Shown: positions 18,729 through 28,674, numbered from the stretch's first letter. The stretch: 64,000 nt of DNA from Minisyncoccota bacterium (GCA_009991965.1 JAACWQ010000003.1:15274-79273); one strand, 5' to 3'. Notes: generated from the letters alone by a model not told the origin. Translations and numbers: made by a program.

Positions 18729-19467
18729 GTACTGCCTCTAGGATAAGCGCAGCGACTTTTTCTGGGTGGGTAAATGGCGACCCGTGTCTCGCGCCTGTAA
18801 TTAGTTGCAGCTTAGCATTTGGGATCCCCGCAAGCAGCCGATCGGCAAACTCCATCGGAGTAATGTTGTCATTTTCTCCCCAGATTACGGTGGTCGGAGC
18901 AACAATGTTTTTGAGCTCAGAATCGACCTCATGCTCGATCACTCTACGCATCGTTTCACGCATCATCGTATTTGCTTCTAGGTAATCTCGCTCGCCCGCC
19001 ATTCTATGTAGTAGCTGGCGTAGTGTGCCAGAAGTTGACAGTTTCTTTCCAAGTTTTGCCAAATGATAAAAGCCGTTTCGTTTTAATCGAGCAGAGAGGC
19101 TGTGGGAGCGAAAACCAGCGCTAGAGATTAAAATTAATGTTTGCACTTGCTGAGGAAAACGTGCGGCGTATGTAGTAGCCAGGTGTCCACCAAATGAGTG
19201 ACCAACGAGAACAAAATTTTGCTTGCCAACCAGCTGCTGCAAAAGCCACTGGACATATTCATCAACTCCCCAGGGCTGCTCGAGCGGTAATTCAAAACCA
19301 GGTAGTTTTAAAACAGATGCACGGACACCAGCCTCCTGTAGTAACCGAACTACTGGCTGCCACTTGGCGCTGGGAGCTGCGTCTCTTGACCATCCGTGGA
19401 GAATAATGACTTCTGGCGCTGTACTCGACATACCACCATTATACGCACCTCTAGAGCAAAAACGCAC
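18721..19467 (-). CDS. Alpha/beta-fold hydrolase
   Basis: The nucleophile elbow 'VGHSFGGH' is present. The His is in the C-terminal 'GARHGSP'. It overlaps the MurF-like start by 8 nt. Confidence 0.6.
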   Translation of the reverse strand: MRFCSRGAYNGGMSSTAPEVIILHGWSRDAAPSAKWQPVVRLLQEAGVRASVLKLPGFELPLEQPWGVDEYVQWLLQQLVGKQNFVLVGHSFGGHLATTYAARFPQQVQTLILISSAGFRSHSLSARLKRNGFYHLAKLGKKLSTSGTLRQLLHRMAGERDYLEANTMMRETMRRVIEHEVDSELKNIVAPTTVIWGENDNITPMEFADRLLAGIPNAKLQLITGARHGSPFTHPEKVAALILEAVHA

Positions 19468-19502
19468 CTTGTGTCAACCACAATATTTCGTATACTAGGC
19501 CG

Positions 19503-20171
19503 ATGAAAGCTAAAGTACTTCTGACCATTATAGTAAGCTCTGTTATCTTGTTTTCTGCCTGCACACCACCGGTACCAAGTAAACCGCCAATCAAAATCAA
19601 CACTCCTGCCGATCAAGCTACAAATACTACTAACCAAGCGCCACCGCTTGAAAATCAAAAGGAAACTATGCCACCAAACGGAAAAATAGAAAAGACGCTC
19701 TCAGATTTTGGCGAGATTAACGGAAAAATCGTCACCCTCACTACTACTAAAGGACCGATCGTTATTGAACTCTATCGAGAACAAGCACCGCTCACTACTG
19801 CCAACTTTCTCTCGCTAGTGAATAGTGGTTTTTACAACGGCATCGTCTTTCACCGAGTCATCGCAGATTTTATGGCTCAGGTTGGCGATCCATTGACTAA
19901 AGATCCGGGTAAAGAGTCGATGTGGGGAACTGGTGGTCCTGGTTACACAATTGCAGATGAGTTTGGACCTGGCCTGACACACAGCGGTCCAGGCATAGTT
20001 TCCATGGCAAACTCTGGGCCAAATACTGGCGGCAGTCAATTCTTCATCACGTACGCCGCAACCGATTGGCTCGATGGCAAACATGCTATTTTTGGTCATG
20101 TGACCCAAGGCATGGATGTAGTTAATCAGATTGTGGTTGGTGATTCGATTGTGTCGGTAAAGGTGGAGTAG
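19503..20171 (+). CDS. Peptidyl-prolyl cis-trans isomerase, cyclophilin type, lipoprotein
   Basis: The lipobox is 'LFSAC'. The cyclophilin motifs are 'FHRVIADFMAQVGD' and 'GSQFFITYAATDWLDGKHAIFG'. Confidence 0.85.
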   Translation: MKAKVLLTIIVSSVILFSACTPPVPSKPPIKINTPADQATNTTNQAPPLENQKETMPPNGKIEKTLSDFGEINGKIVTLTTTKGPIVIELYREQAPLTTANFLSLVNSGFYNGIVFHRVIADFMAQVGDPLTKDPGKESMWGTGGPGYTIADEFGPGLTHSGPGIVSMANSGPNTGGSQFFITYAATDWLDGKHAIFGHVTQGMDVVNQIVVGDSIVSVKVE

Positions 20172-20250
20172 TAGCTTACTCCATATCTAAGGAGTCAAAA
20201 AAATTAAATTAACAGAACATTGTGGTGTTCTTGCTACTTGCGGTCCAGAT

Positions 20251-22308
20251 GTGAGTCCAGCAGATTTCGCTGCAGGCTGGTGGCGCTTGCGACATCGTGG
20301 TGATGATGCCTGGGGATTGCTTACAAGGTCTGGTCAAATCACCCAACTTGAGCACGTACAAGCGTCAAATGGTAGCAGTCCCATACACGATCTAAGAAAC
20401 ATCCATACAGCTGCTAACTTGCGCGTCGCTCATGATCGCTACGTGACGAGTGGTCCACGTAGACCAGAAAATGCCCAACCATTTTTCCTTTCCGACGGAG
20501 CATTCACGTTGGGACTGGCACACAATGGAAATCTCCCAGTTGCAGTTGTTCAGCGCCTGCGCGAGCTACTGCACAAACCGTTGCCAGTTATCGCCAGCGA
20601 CTCTTGGGTGATGACCCAGTTTCTTCTCGAGTCGAGACAGAAGTATAAAACGTGGGAGGAGACATTTGTTGCCATGTTGCCACTCTTGCAAGGGGCATTT
20701 TCTTTGGCTTGCTTGACGGATGAAAATGTCATCTACGCCATCCGTGACCCTTGGGAAATCCGCCCACTCTGCCTAGGCAGGAAAAATGAAACTTGGGTCG
20801 TAGCGTCAGAAAGCGTAGCACTTGCCAATATGGGAGCCCAGTACGTTCGTGAGGTAGAACCTGGCGAAATAGTCCGACTAAATCCAGATGGGAGCAGCGG
20901 ATCGACGCTGTATGCCCAAGCCGACGAGCGACGCTGCGTGTTGGAAACAATTTACTTTTCGAAAAATGAGAGTGTTCATGACGGACAGACTATTCGAGAG
21001 CAGCGCAGGCGACTGGGAGAACTAGTCGGAGCTCGATTTAAAGAGAAAAAAATTGCCATTGATTGTGTGATTCCCATCTTAAACTCTGGCAAGCAAATGT
21101 CGATTGGGGTATCACACGCCCTAGAGATGGATAATACAGAAGCCATTAGTATTGCAACAGAGCTACGCTCATTTATTCAAAATACTCCCACCGCAAGAAC
21201 AGAAATAGTCAATCAAAAACATGTCGTTGATGGTGGTTATATCCAAGGCAAACGTATTCTCCTCTGTGACGACTCGCTGGTACGCGGAACCTCGCTAAGC
21301 GCTCTATTGGCAAAAATTCGTGAGCATAATCCAGCAGAGATTCACATTGTGCTTGGATCAGAACCAGTGGTAGACATCTGCGAATGGGGTATTGATTTGC
21401 CAACACGCGAAGAGCTTTTTGTTTTTCAGCTGCTGCAAACAAGACCTGACTGGAACAATACTGAAGAATACGAGGCATGGCTCTCCAAAGTAGAGCATCT
21501 GGTTGCAAAAAAACTCGGAGTAGATTCAGTGACCTACCTTGATAGAACCTCAGTCAATAAAGCACTCAAACGATCGGAAAATCAGCTCTGCCGACACTGC
21601 TTTGGTGGATCAGATCCTATCGAAAATAATCCCCCAACATATCGAGTGGAGCACTTGGAAGCTTTACGCAAGCAAAAAGTGCTGTTTTTTGCATCCGGTA
21701 GTGGCACCAACGTCGAGAATGTTTTGCAGCAGATGCAGGACGGGAAAATTCTTGCCAAACCAATTGGGGTAGTAACCAATAAACGGGACGGCGGAGTGAT
21801 GGATAGGGCCAGAGCATTTGGAGTCGAAACAACAGTTTTTTCTGCCAAGACATACGAACTAGATATTCTTTCATTTATAGTTTCACACCCAGAGGGGATT
21901 CCTGACGTAATCGTGCTAGCCGGATGGATGCGCATACTGTCTGATGAATTTCTCGAAAAGATAGAAAAACTTGGCGTGACAATCGTCAACCTGCATCCAG
22001 CACTCCTCTCTGGAAAAGGAGCGGGTTTTGTTGCTACCGCAGCAGGACGCGTGCCCGAACTACGAGGGGCCGATGTTATAGAACAAGCGCATCAAAAACC
22101 TCTTGCAGAAATGCCAGTTACGGGCGCAACGGTACATCAGGTGCTTCCAGCCCACAAGGTTGATACGGGCAGAGTTATTATCAAAGAGGAAGTAGCACGT
22201 CGTGAGGATGAAACGTTAGCTGAGCTTACGGCTCGAATACACAAGGCTGAGTATCGTATACTGCCAATTGCAATACAACGGATATTGCTAGAACGTTTGA
22301 AAGTATGA
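20251..22308 (+). CDS. Fusion of amidophosphoribosyltransferase (PurF: Ntn glutaminase + PRTase) with phosphoribosylglycinamide formyltransferase (PurN-like). The annotated GTG start is probably downstream of the true N-terminus.
   Basis: PurF motifs: 'LRHRGDDAWGL', 'QPFFLSDGAFTLGLAHNGNL', 'WVVASESVAL', 'LLCDDSLVRGTS'. PurN motifs: 'VLFFASGSGTNVENVL', 'VIVLAGWMRILS', 'NLHPALL'. The in-frame upstream extension encodes 'HCGVLATCG', which matches the PurF N-terminal catalytic Cys. Confidence 0.75.
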   Translation: MSPADFAAGWWRLRHRGDDAWGLLTRSGQITQLEHVQASNGSSPIHDLRNIHTAANLRVAHDRYVTSGPRRPENAQPFFLSDGAFTLGLAHNGNLPVAVVQRLRELLHKPLPVIASDSWVMTQFLLESRQKYKTWEETFVAMLPLLQGAFSLACLTDENVIYAIRDPWEIRPLCLGRKNETWVVASESVALANMGAQYVREVEPGEIVRLNPDGSSGSTLYAQADERRCVLETIYFSKNESVHDGQTIREQRRRLGELVGARFKEKKIAIDCVIPILNSGKQMSIGVSHALEMDNTEAISIATELRSFIQNTPTARTEIVNQKHVVDGGYIQGKRILLCDDSLVRGTSLSALLAKIREHNPAEIHIVLGSEPVVDICEWGIDLPTREELFVFQLLQTRPDWNNTEEYEAWLSKVEHLVAKKLGVDSVTYLDRTSVNKALKRSENQLCRHCFGGSDPIENNPPTYRVEHLEALRKQKVLFFASGSGTNVENVLQQMQDGKILAKPIGVVTNKRDGGVMDRARAFGVETTVFSAKTYELDILSFIVSHPEGIPDVIVLAGWMRILSDEFLEKIEKLGVTIVNLHPALLSGKGAGFVATAAGRVPELRGADVIEQAHQKPLAEMPVTGATVHQVLPAHKVDTGRVIIKEEVARREDETLAELTARIHKAEYRILPIAIQRILLERLKV

Positions 22309-23885
22309 CAAAACACCAAAAACTCAGCCTTCTTTTTGCAGCCATCGGCCTCCTCTGCCTCACCTTCGCCTTTGGCATTTTGCTGAGCGCCAATGCCTAT
22401 CACCTTTTGCGTAGTGGTAAGTATGAGCAGTCGCTCAAAAACGCACGCCAAGCGTTGCCAATTGCGAGATTGGTGAATAAAACATGGGTAAGCGGCCTAA
22501 AAACAATTGTAGCTGCAAACACAACCCTGCTTTCACTGCAAAAAATTCAAGAGAATGTTGATAACGGCGAAACACCAAACATCACAGAATTTGCGGGTAA
22601 TTTAAAAGAGCTTGAAGTCAGCGCGCAAGCCGTATCTGTGAATATTGAAAATTCGAAATTTCTCACTCGTTTACTCGGCTCAAAACTAGGCAAACTAGAT
22701 ACAGCAATAGAAACGCTAACTCACGTTGTGCCGCTTGCACAGTACTTTACCGAAGGAGAGAAAACGCTCCTTGTTCTCTTGCAAAACTCCGATGAGTTGC
22801 GTGCAACTGGCGGTTTCATGGGCTCGTATGCATTGCTGCATTTCAATTCAGGTAGTTTGAGCGAGATCCTAGTTGAAGATATTTACGACGCAGATGGACA
22901 AGTTCAGGAATACTTTGAACCACCAAAAGGTGTAGCTGAGTTCTTGAGCGGAGGCAAGGGTTGGCGTCTGCCCGATGCCAATTGGAATCCTGACTTTGCG
23001 CTGAGTTCACAAGATACCCTGCGCTTTTTTGCTCTGGCCAGTCGCAATCATATTGATGGTGTTGTGGCGATCAATTTACCAGTCGTCCAATCTCTGCTTG
23101 CTATCACTGGCCCTATCACACTTTCTGACCAAGATATTGTTTTGAGTGAAACGAATGTCGATCAAGTACTTAGAGCAGACAGAGACGCGTTTTTTGCTGG
23201 AAGTACTGCGAAAAAAGACATTATAGCGCTGGCCACTACACAACTAAAATTGGCGGTGGCGAAACTAAACACCGAAGAAAAAAAACAAATCATAGAACAA
23301 TTTCGACAACAGATTTTGCGTGGGAATGTACTAGTCTATTTCCCCAATCAAGAATTGGAAAAGCAAGCCCAAGCACTTGGCCTGTCTGGTTCGCTCGGTC
23401 CTCAAACACTACAGTCCAATACACTTTTTTATTATCCACTTGAATCAAACGTAGGCATCAACAAAGTAAATGCGGCTGTCACCCGTGAGTTTGTCATGAC
23501 GACCTCGGACACCCTGACAGAACTTGGCATCAGTTTGCACAACAACAGCACGCAGGATGGATATGTGAATTATCAGCGACTGCTCTTTAGCCCCGGCCAA
23601 GACATAGAACAAATTGTTGTCAACGGTGAACAGGTATCGGAGTTTGATCGAGAAACAGTCACCAGCAGCACTGGCCAGCAATATGACCAGATTGGGTTTC
23701 TTGTCACCACCCTGCCAAATAATATAACGCGCATTGCTCTTACCTTGACTCACTCTGCGGATTTTTTAAACATACTGCTGCAAAAACAACCAGGAACTGC
23801 CGACACAACACTCACGAGCATCACGCAAAATGGTGCCAAAACACACCAGCTCGATCAATCTTTTCTCGAGTACATGATAGAATGA
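22305..23885 (+). CDS. Membrane-anchored extracytoplasmic protein, DUF4012-like (family assignment tentative)
   Basis: It has an N-terminal TM helix. '[20 protein letters not shown]' resembles the conserved core of DUF4012 proteins that are common next to cell-wall genes in CPR genomes. It overlaps the purFN stop by 4 nt. Confidence 0.4.
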   Translation: MTKHQKLSLLFAAIGLLCLTFAFGILLSANAYHLLRSGKYEQSLKNARQALPIARLVNKTWVSGLKTIVAANTTLLSLQKIQENVDNGETPNITEFAGNLKELEVSAQAVSVNIENSKFLTRLLGSKLGKLDTAIETLTHVVPLAQYFTEGEKTLLVLLQNSDELRATGGFMGSYALLHFNSGSLSEILVEDIYDADGQVQEYFEPPKGVAEFLSGGKGWRLPDANWNPDFALSSQDTLRFFALASRNHIDGVVAINLPVVQSLLAITGPITLSDQDIVLSETNVDQVLRADRDAFFAGSTAKKDIIALATTQLKLAVAKLNTEEKKQIIEQFRQQILRGNVLVYFPNQELEKQAQALGLSGSLGPQTLQSNTLFYYPLESNVGINKVNAAVTREFVMTTSDTLTELGISLHNNSTQDGYVNYQRLLFSPGQDIEQIVVNGEQVSEFDRETVTSSTGQQYDQIGFLVTTLPNNITRIALTLTHSADFLNILLQKQPGTADTTLTSITQNGAKTHQLDQSFLEYMIE

Positions 23886-24967
23886 TCGATATGTCAGACA
23901 TTAAAAAAGCAAGTGCTCTCCTCGAAGAATTAGGGATTTCGACGCTACAGGCGAATCATCAAGCACTCGAAGCGAAAACGCTCACGCCTGAATTCTGGCA
24001 GCAGGCAGACGCACAAGAAATCCTCAGCCAACTCAATTTTGCACAAGAACAATTGAACATGGCAACTGAGTTGGAGGCTGCGCTGACAGACATGGAGTTA
24101 TTACAAACTTTACTTGCATCTGCGACCGAAGGCAGCGATGACTATCTAGACCTCGAGCAACAGTTGGCAAACAGCAATAAGAAACTGGACAAACTTGTTC
24201 GCAAAGTCACTCTACGACAGTACTTAAGCGGATCGTATGACAGTTTTGGCGCCATTATTTCCATTCACTCCGGACAAGGCGGCACCGAAGCAATGGATTG
24301 GGCTGATATGTTGCGACGCATGTATGTGCGTTACTTTGAGCGAAAAAACTGGAAATTTGAGTTGCTCAGCGAATCTCGAGGGGAAGAAGCAGGCATCAAA
24401 AGTGCAGAGTACGAAGTCCATGGACCGTTTGTGTACGGCTATCTCAAGCATGAACGTGGCACACACCGACTTGTACGTCAGAGTCCGTTTAATGCCGATG
24501 GTTTGCGCCAAACTTCGTTTGCCCTACTCTCTGTCTTACCACTTATTCCAGAAAGTGAAAAATCTGTGGTTATCGAAGATGGAGATCTGGAGTGGCAATT
24601 CTCACGTGCTGGTGGTGCTGGCGGACAAAATGTTAACAAGGTAAGTAGCGCGGTAGAACTCACACACAAACCAACCGGCATTGTCGTTCGTTGCAGAGAA
24701 GAACGCTCTCAGGTGCAAAACAAAGAGCGTGCAATGCAAAAGCTTCGGGCCGAGCTTGCGTTCCGCGAAGAAACTGCCCGAGAAGAATCACTGGCAAAAG
24801 AAAAAGGTGCGCACACTCATGCCAGCTGGGGTAACCAAATCCGCAACTACGTCTTGCATCCGTACAAGCAAATCAAAGATGTGCGAACAGCAGTCGTACG
24901 CACCGATGTACAGGCTGTGCTCGATGGCGACCTGGATGAGTTTGTGGAAGCGGAACTCAGCCTCTAG
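23882..24967 (+). CDS. prfB: Peptide chain release factor 2
   Basis: The 'SPF' motif (RQSPFNADG), the GGQ motif ([12 protein letters not shown]) and 'SGQGGTEA' are present. It is a single continuous ORF with no +1 frameshift. Confidence 0.9.
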   Translation: MIDMSDIKKASALLEELGISTLQANHQALEAKTLTPEFWQQADAQEILSQLNFAQEQLNMATELEAALTDMELLQTLLASATEGSDDYLDLEQQLANSNKKLDKLVRKVTLRQYLSGSYDSFGAIISIHSGQGGTEAMDWADMLRRMYVRYFERKNWKFELLSESRGEEAGIKSAEYEVHGPFVYGYLKHERGTHRLVRQSPFNADGLRQTSFALLSVLPLIPESEKSVVIEDGDLEWQFSRAGGAGGQNVNKVSSAVELTHKPTGIVVRCREERSQVQNKERAMQKLRAELAFREETAREESLAKEKGAHTHASWGNQIRNYVLHPYKQIKDVRTAVVRTDVQAVLDGDLDEFVEAELSL

Positions 24968-25014
24968 CCTATGCTCAAGCCCATCTGCTATACTAAATTT
25001 CTATCAAAAAACCC

Positions 25015-25608
25015 ATGCACAAGCTAGATCTCACCGCGCCACAAACACCTATTATAGAATCTACCGAAACTGCAGTTGACGAACTTCCACCCGCAAGCAA
25101 TAATCGAGACTTCACGCCAGAACGTACTAGCGCACAAATAACAAACAAAAACTCCATGAAGAAGAAAAATGTTGTACTAGGATTCTGTGTAGCAGCTATT
25201 TTGGCTGGAACCGCTACTGGATACGGTAGCTACCGCTTATACGCGGGCAACACCAAATCTGCCGACTCGAACACCGAATCAGCAGCAGTTATGTCTAAGA
25301 TTGCAGGCGACAATGTCAAAGCTGGCGATGTTTTTGGCAGCTCAGATACCGCAGCCTTCAATGACCCCGCTACTGGCTACCTCGAAGCTGGCGGCATCAA
25401 TGGCGAAGGTTCACACAAGCTACTCCGTCCAGGTGGCGATTCGCAAACGGTCTACCTCACTTCGTCCGTAACTGACCTCGATAAATTGACCGGTATGGAA
25501 GTCAAAGTCTGGGGCGAAACCTTCAAGGCACAACGAGCAGGTTGGTTGATGGATGTCGGCAGAGTCGAAGTTATCGATGTCGATGGCCAAGCACCCGTTG
25601 CCAAGTAA
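25015..25608 (+). CDS. Hypothetical membrane-anchored protein (the alternative start is Met at 25156)
   Basis: A TM helix 'VVLGFCVAAILAGTATGY' is followed by a Gly/Asp-rich extracytoplasmic domain of about 130 aa. No catalytic motifs were recognised. Confidence 0.35.
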   Translation: MHKLDLTAPQTPIIESTETAVDELPPASNNRDFTPERTSAQITNKNSMKKKNVVLGFCVAAILAGTATGYGSYRLYAGNTKSADSNTESAAVMSKIAGDNVKAGDVFGSSDTAAFNDPATGYLEAGGINGEGSHKLLRPGGDSQTVYLTSSVTDLDKLTGMEVKVWGETFKAQRAGWLMDVGRVEVIDVDGQAPVAK

Positions 25609-25631
25609 CTCCCTTTTCTCTACACTAAGCA

Positions 25632-26561
25632 GTGTTTATGATTCGATTTCAAGACGTCTCGAAAGAGTTCTCGCCTAACAAGTTTGGTGTCAAGCAAATT
25701 AGCTTCGCTGTCGACAATGGTGAGTTTGTTTTTATTACTGGAACATCGGGTAGTGGCAAAACTACGCTCATGCGTCTCATCATCCGTGAGTACGCGCCTA
25801 CCTCTGGAGAGGTATCACTGTTCAATGAGCAGTTGGCAACAATGTCACAAAAAAAAGTGTCAGAACTACGTCGTAAAATTGGTGTGGTATTTCAAGATTA
25901 CAAATTGCTGCCAGAATTAAACGTCTGGGAAAACATCGCACTTCCCCTCGAAATTGTTGGACAACCGCAGGCAGAAATTGAAAGCCGCGTAACCGATTTA
26001 CTAAAGCTGATTGGTTTGATTGAAAAACCCTACCTCTTCCCTTCTCAACTTTCTGGCGGCGAAGCGCAACGAGTTGGTATTGCTCGAGCGCTTGCACTTG
26101 GACCTGAGCTTATTTTTGCTGATGAGCCAACAGGCAACCTTGACGCCGAAAACACCCAGGCTATTGTCGATTTATTAAAGAAAATAAATCAGCTGGGCAC
26201 CACAGTTTTGTTTGCTACACACGACCTGAGTTTAACCAAAGCAGGACAAATCAGAATCCTTAATCTTGATGCCGGCTCGCTCATCCACGACTCAAAACCA
26301 AAAAGCACGGCTACTCCAGCCGTCAAAAAAGTTGTCACGCCACCAGAAAGTAAACCCACGATTACAGCTAAAAAGAAAAGTTGGCTTGGAAAGCTCTTTA
26401 CAAAACCGGAACAAACAACAAAAAAACCAGTTGAGAATCCAGTCGAAAAACCAGAAAACCAACCAAGGAAAAAGAAGGAAGAGAAAAAATCAAAAAAAGA
26501 AAAAGCCACGAGTAAAAAAGTCACCAAACAAGTAGTAACTTCACAGGAAGCCCTGGAGTAA
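25632..26561 (+). CDS. ftsE: Cell-division ABC ATPase FtsE with a roughly 90 aa Lys/Pro/Glu-rich C-terminal tail
   Basis: Walker A '[11 protein letters not shown]', signature '[15 protein letters not shown]' and Walker B '[11 protein letters not shown]' are present. It is immediately followed by ftsX. Confidence 0.85.
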   Translation: MFMIRFQDVSKEFSPNKFGVKQISFAVDNGEFVFITGTSGSGKTTLMRLIIREYAPTSGEVSLFNEQLATMSQKKVSELRRKIGVVFQDYKLLPELNVWENIALPLEIVGQPQAEIESRVTDLLKLIGLIEKPYLFPSQLSGGEAQRVGIARALALGPELIFADEPTGNLDAENTQAIVDLLKKINQLGTTVLFATHDLSLTKAGQIRILNLDAGSLIHDSKPKSTATPAVKKVVTPPESKPTITAKKKSWLGKLFTKPEQTTKKPVENPVEKPENQPRKKKEEKKSKKEKATSKKVTKQVVTSQEALE

Positions 26562-26564
26562 CCT

Positions 26565-27437
26565 ATGCAATCTTTTGCCAATGCCCTTACCACCATGCGA
26601 CGGACACCCTACCAGTCGCTCGCGGCCTTATTGATGGTCTCAGTTACTTTTTTTGTCGGATACCGCCTCTCGTTCGTTCTGTCTGGTGCGCATCTTGTGC
26701 TGTCGCATTTTGAATCATCCCCACAGGTGATCGCTTTTTTTAAACTCGATACTGACAAACAAGCAATGGAAACGCTCTCAAAATCTCTCACGAGCACAGA
26801 AAATGTCAGCGACGTACGTCTGATTACCCAAGAGCAAGCGTTGAAAGATTATGCAAAAGAGTATGACGACTCACCACTCTTGCTAGAGCTCGTAACGGCA
26901 GACATTTTGCCTGCAAGTGTCGAAGTCTCAGCAAGTAACGTAGAAACGCTCACCAAACTTGCAGAAGATCTCAAGAAAGAAAAAATCATCGAAGATGTTG
27001 TGTTTCAACAAGATATTGTCGAACAACTGAGCAACTGGACCAAAGCCTTACGAATTGCCGGTCTTGTCGACGTTGGCATTCTCAGTTTTGCATCATTTTT
27101 AACCATCACCATTATCATTACGCTCAAAGCCGCAAACAAAAAATATTCTGTCACTATCATGCGTCTTATCGGCGCCTCCAACTGGTATATCAACAAACCA
27201 TTTATAGTCGAAGGTATTCTCTATGGGGCACTCGGCGCATTGCTCGGTTGGATTGCGATCACGGTCATTCTGCTCTATCTCACACCAACGCTGACCACCT
27301 TTTTCTCGGGCATCATTGCATTTCCTATCCCGCTCGAGTTCTTGCTCCTACAACTGGGAGCGGGCATGCTTGTCGGCGCTCTCCTCGGGGGGTTTGCGAG
27401 CTTTGTCGCTACCAACAGATTTGCAGCGCGTGCGTAA
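26565..27437 (+). CDS. ftsX: Cell-division permease-like protein FtsX
   Basis: It has 4 TM helices with a large first extracytoplasmic loop. It lies 3 nt after ftsE, and its N-terminal 'ALTTMRRTPYQSLAALLMV' is FtsX-like. Confidence 0.8.
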   Translation: MQSFANALTTMRRTPYQSLAALLMVSVTFFVGYRLSFVLSGAHLVLSHFESSPQVIAFFKLDTDKQAMETLSKSLTSTENVSDVRLITQEQALKDYAKEYDDSPLLLELVTADILPASVEVSASNVETLTKLAEDLKKEKIIEDVVFQQDIVEQLSNWTKALRIAGLVDVGILSFASFLTITIIITLKAANKKYSVTIMRLIGASNWYINKPFIVEGILYGALGALLGWIAITVILLYLTPTLTTFFSGIIAFPIPLEFLLLQLGAGMLVGALLGGFASFVATNRFAARA

Positions 27438-27447
27438 GTTTTTAGCT

Positions 27448-28626
27448 ATGAAATTTTTCTTTCTAACCTGGCTACTCTGGTTCGCTTTTGGCACGACGCC
27501 TGTGTATGCACTCAGTTGCGAAGAGTTTGTTTGTAGTGACACAAATGATGTTGATTGCTTAAAGGACAAGCGGAGTTGTCTGGAATCCAAACTCAACGAA
27601 ACAAAAGATCAACGCGTAACACTTACCAACACGATTAGCATCATCAATGGCAAAGTTCAAATTCAAGAAGTTCAGATCCAGCAAACAGAGGCAGAACTTT
27701 CATTGCTTGAAGCACAAATTGGTGATCTCAGCCAGCGGATTGGCGGACTCAACTTATCACTGGACCGCTTGACCACTCTCTTGGTTGAACGGATTCAAGC
27801 AGAGTACAAACAAACACGAATTAATTCGAATCTACTCTTTTTAAAAACAAGCTCTGCCACAAACTTCTTTTCTCAATTGCAATATCTCAAAGAAGCCAGA
27901 CTGCAAACAGCGGTCGCAATGCAGCGCGCAGAAGCTCAACGACTTGAATTTGATCAGCAAAAATCTACCAAGGAAGAGAAACAAAAAGAAATTGAAGTCG
28001 TCCAAACACGACTTGAGCGCGAACAAAATGTTTTAGCAAAACAACGAAACGAACAACAGTACTTGCTCAAAGAAACCAAAAGCAATGAGACTGCATATCA
28101 GGCAGAGCTCGCAAAAACACTTGCTGAACTTTCTGCCATCCAATCGATTATCGCTGGTAAAGGAAGCGAGACTGAGGTTGGTTCGGTAAATACTGGAGAT
28201 ACTATTGCAAGCATTATCAGTGGCGCGAGCGTCTGCTCGACTGGTAGCCATTTGCACTTCGAGGTTGCCAAAGATGGTGTAACACGTGACCCAGCGTCAT
28301 ACCTCAGCTCAATTTCTCCTGTTTGGAATAACGAACCAGATAGTCCATTTGGGTTTGGTGGCAACTGGGACTGGCCGGTTTTCAACGCCGCTCGCATTAC
28401 CCAAGGTTTTGGCATGACCTACTACGCACGCGTGCGACGAGCGTACGGTGGATCTCCGCATACTGGCATCGACATGCTCAGCACGTCTAGAGACTCGCGT
28501 GTCCGCGCAGTGCAACCAGGCAAACTCTATCGTGGCAGCATTGCCTGCGGTGGTGGCAACCTACGCTATGTTCGAGTTGAGCAGAGTGATGGGATTAGCA
28601 CGTATTATTTGCATGTGAATTATTAG
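27448..28626 (+). CDS. EnvC-like coiled-coil protein with a non-canonical/permuted peptidase M23 (LytM) region
   Basis: It has a signal/TM N-terminus, a long coiled coil, then 'GSHLHFEV' (the M23 HxH half) upstream of 'SPHTGIDM' (the HxxxD half). The Met at 27448 is preferred over the ORF start at 27316 because of the overlap with ftsX. Confidence 0.6.
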   Translation: MKFFFLTWLLWFAFGTTPVYALSCEEFVCSDTNDVDCLKDKRSCLESKLNETKDQRVTLTNTISIINGKVQIQEVQIQQTEAELSLLEAQIGDLSQRIGGLNLSLDRLTTLLVERIQAEYKQTRINSNLLFLKTSSATNFFSQLQYLKEARLQTAVAMQRAEAQRLEFDQQKSTKEEKQKEIEVVQTRLEREQNVLAKQRNEQQYLLKETKSNETAYQAELAKTLAELSAIQSIIAGKGSETEVGSVNTGDTIASIISGASVCSTGSHLHFEVAKDGVTRDPASYLSSISPVWNNEPDSPFGFGGNWDWPVFNAARITQGFGMTYYARVRRAYGGSPHTGIDMLSTSRDSRVRAVQPGKLYRGSIACGGGNLRYVRVEQSDGISTYYLHVNY

Positions 28627-28674
28627 ATTTATCTCGCTACACTTCCCGTCATCTTCGGCACATAAACTCAATGT

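Noticed and set aside
23882-24100. Looked for the programmed +1 frameshift site (CUU UGA C) typical of prfB
   Set aside because: prfB is a single uninterrupted ORF here, with no in-frame UGA near codon 26. It is recorded only as an absence.
27316-27447. Upstream extension of the EnvC-like ORF overlapping ftsX by 120 nt
   Set aside because: The extension is in an alternative frame of the ftsX 3' end. The Met at 27448 gives a signal-peptide-like N-terminus right after the ftsX stop.
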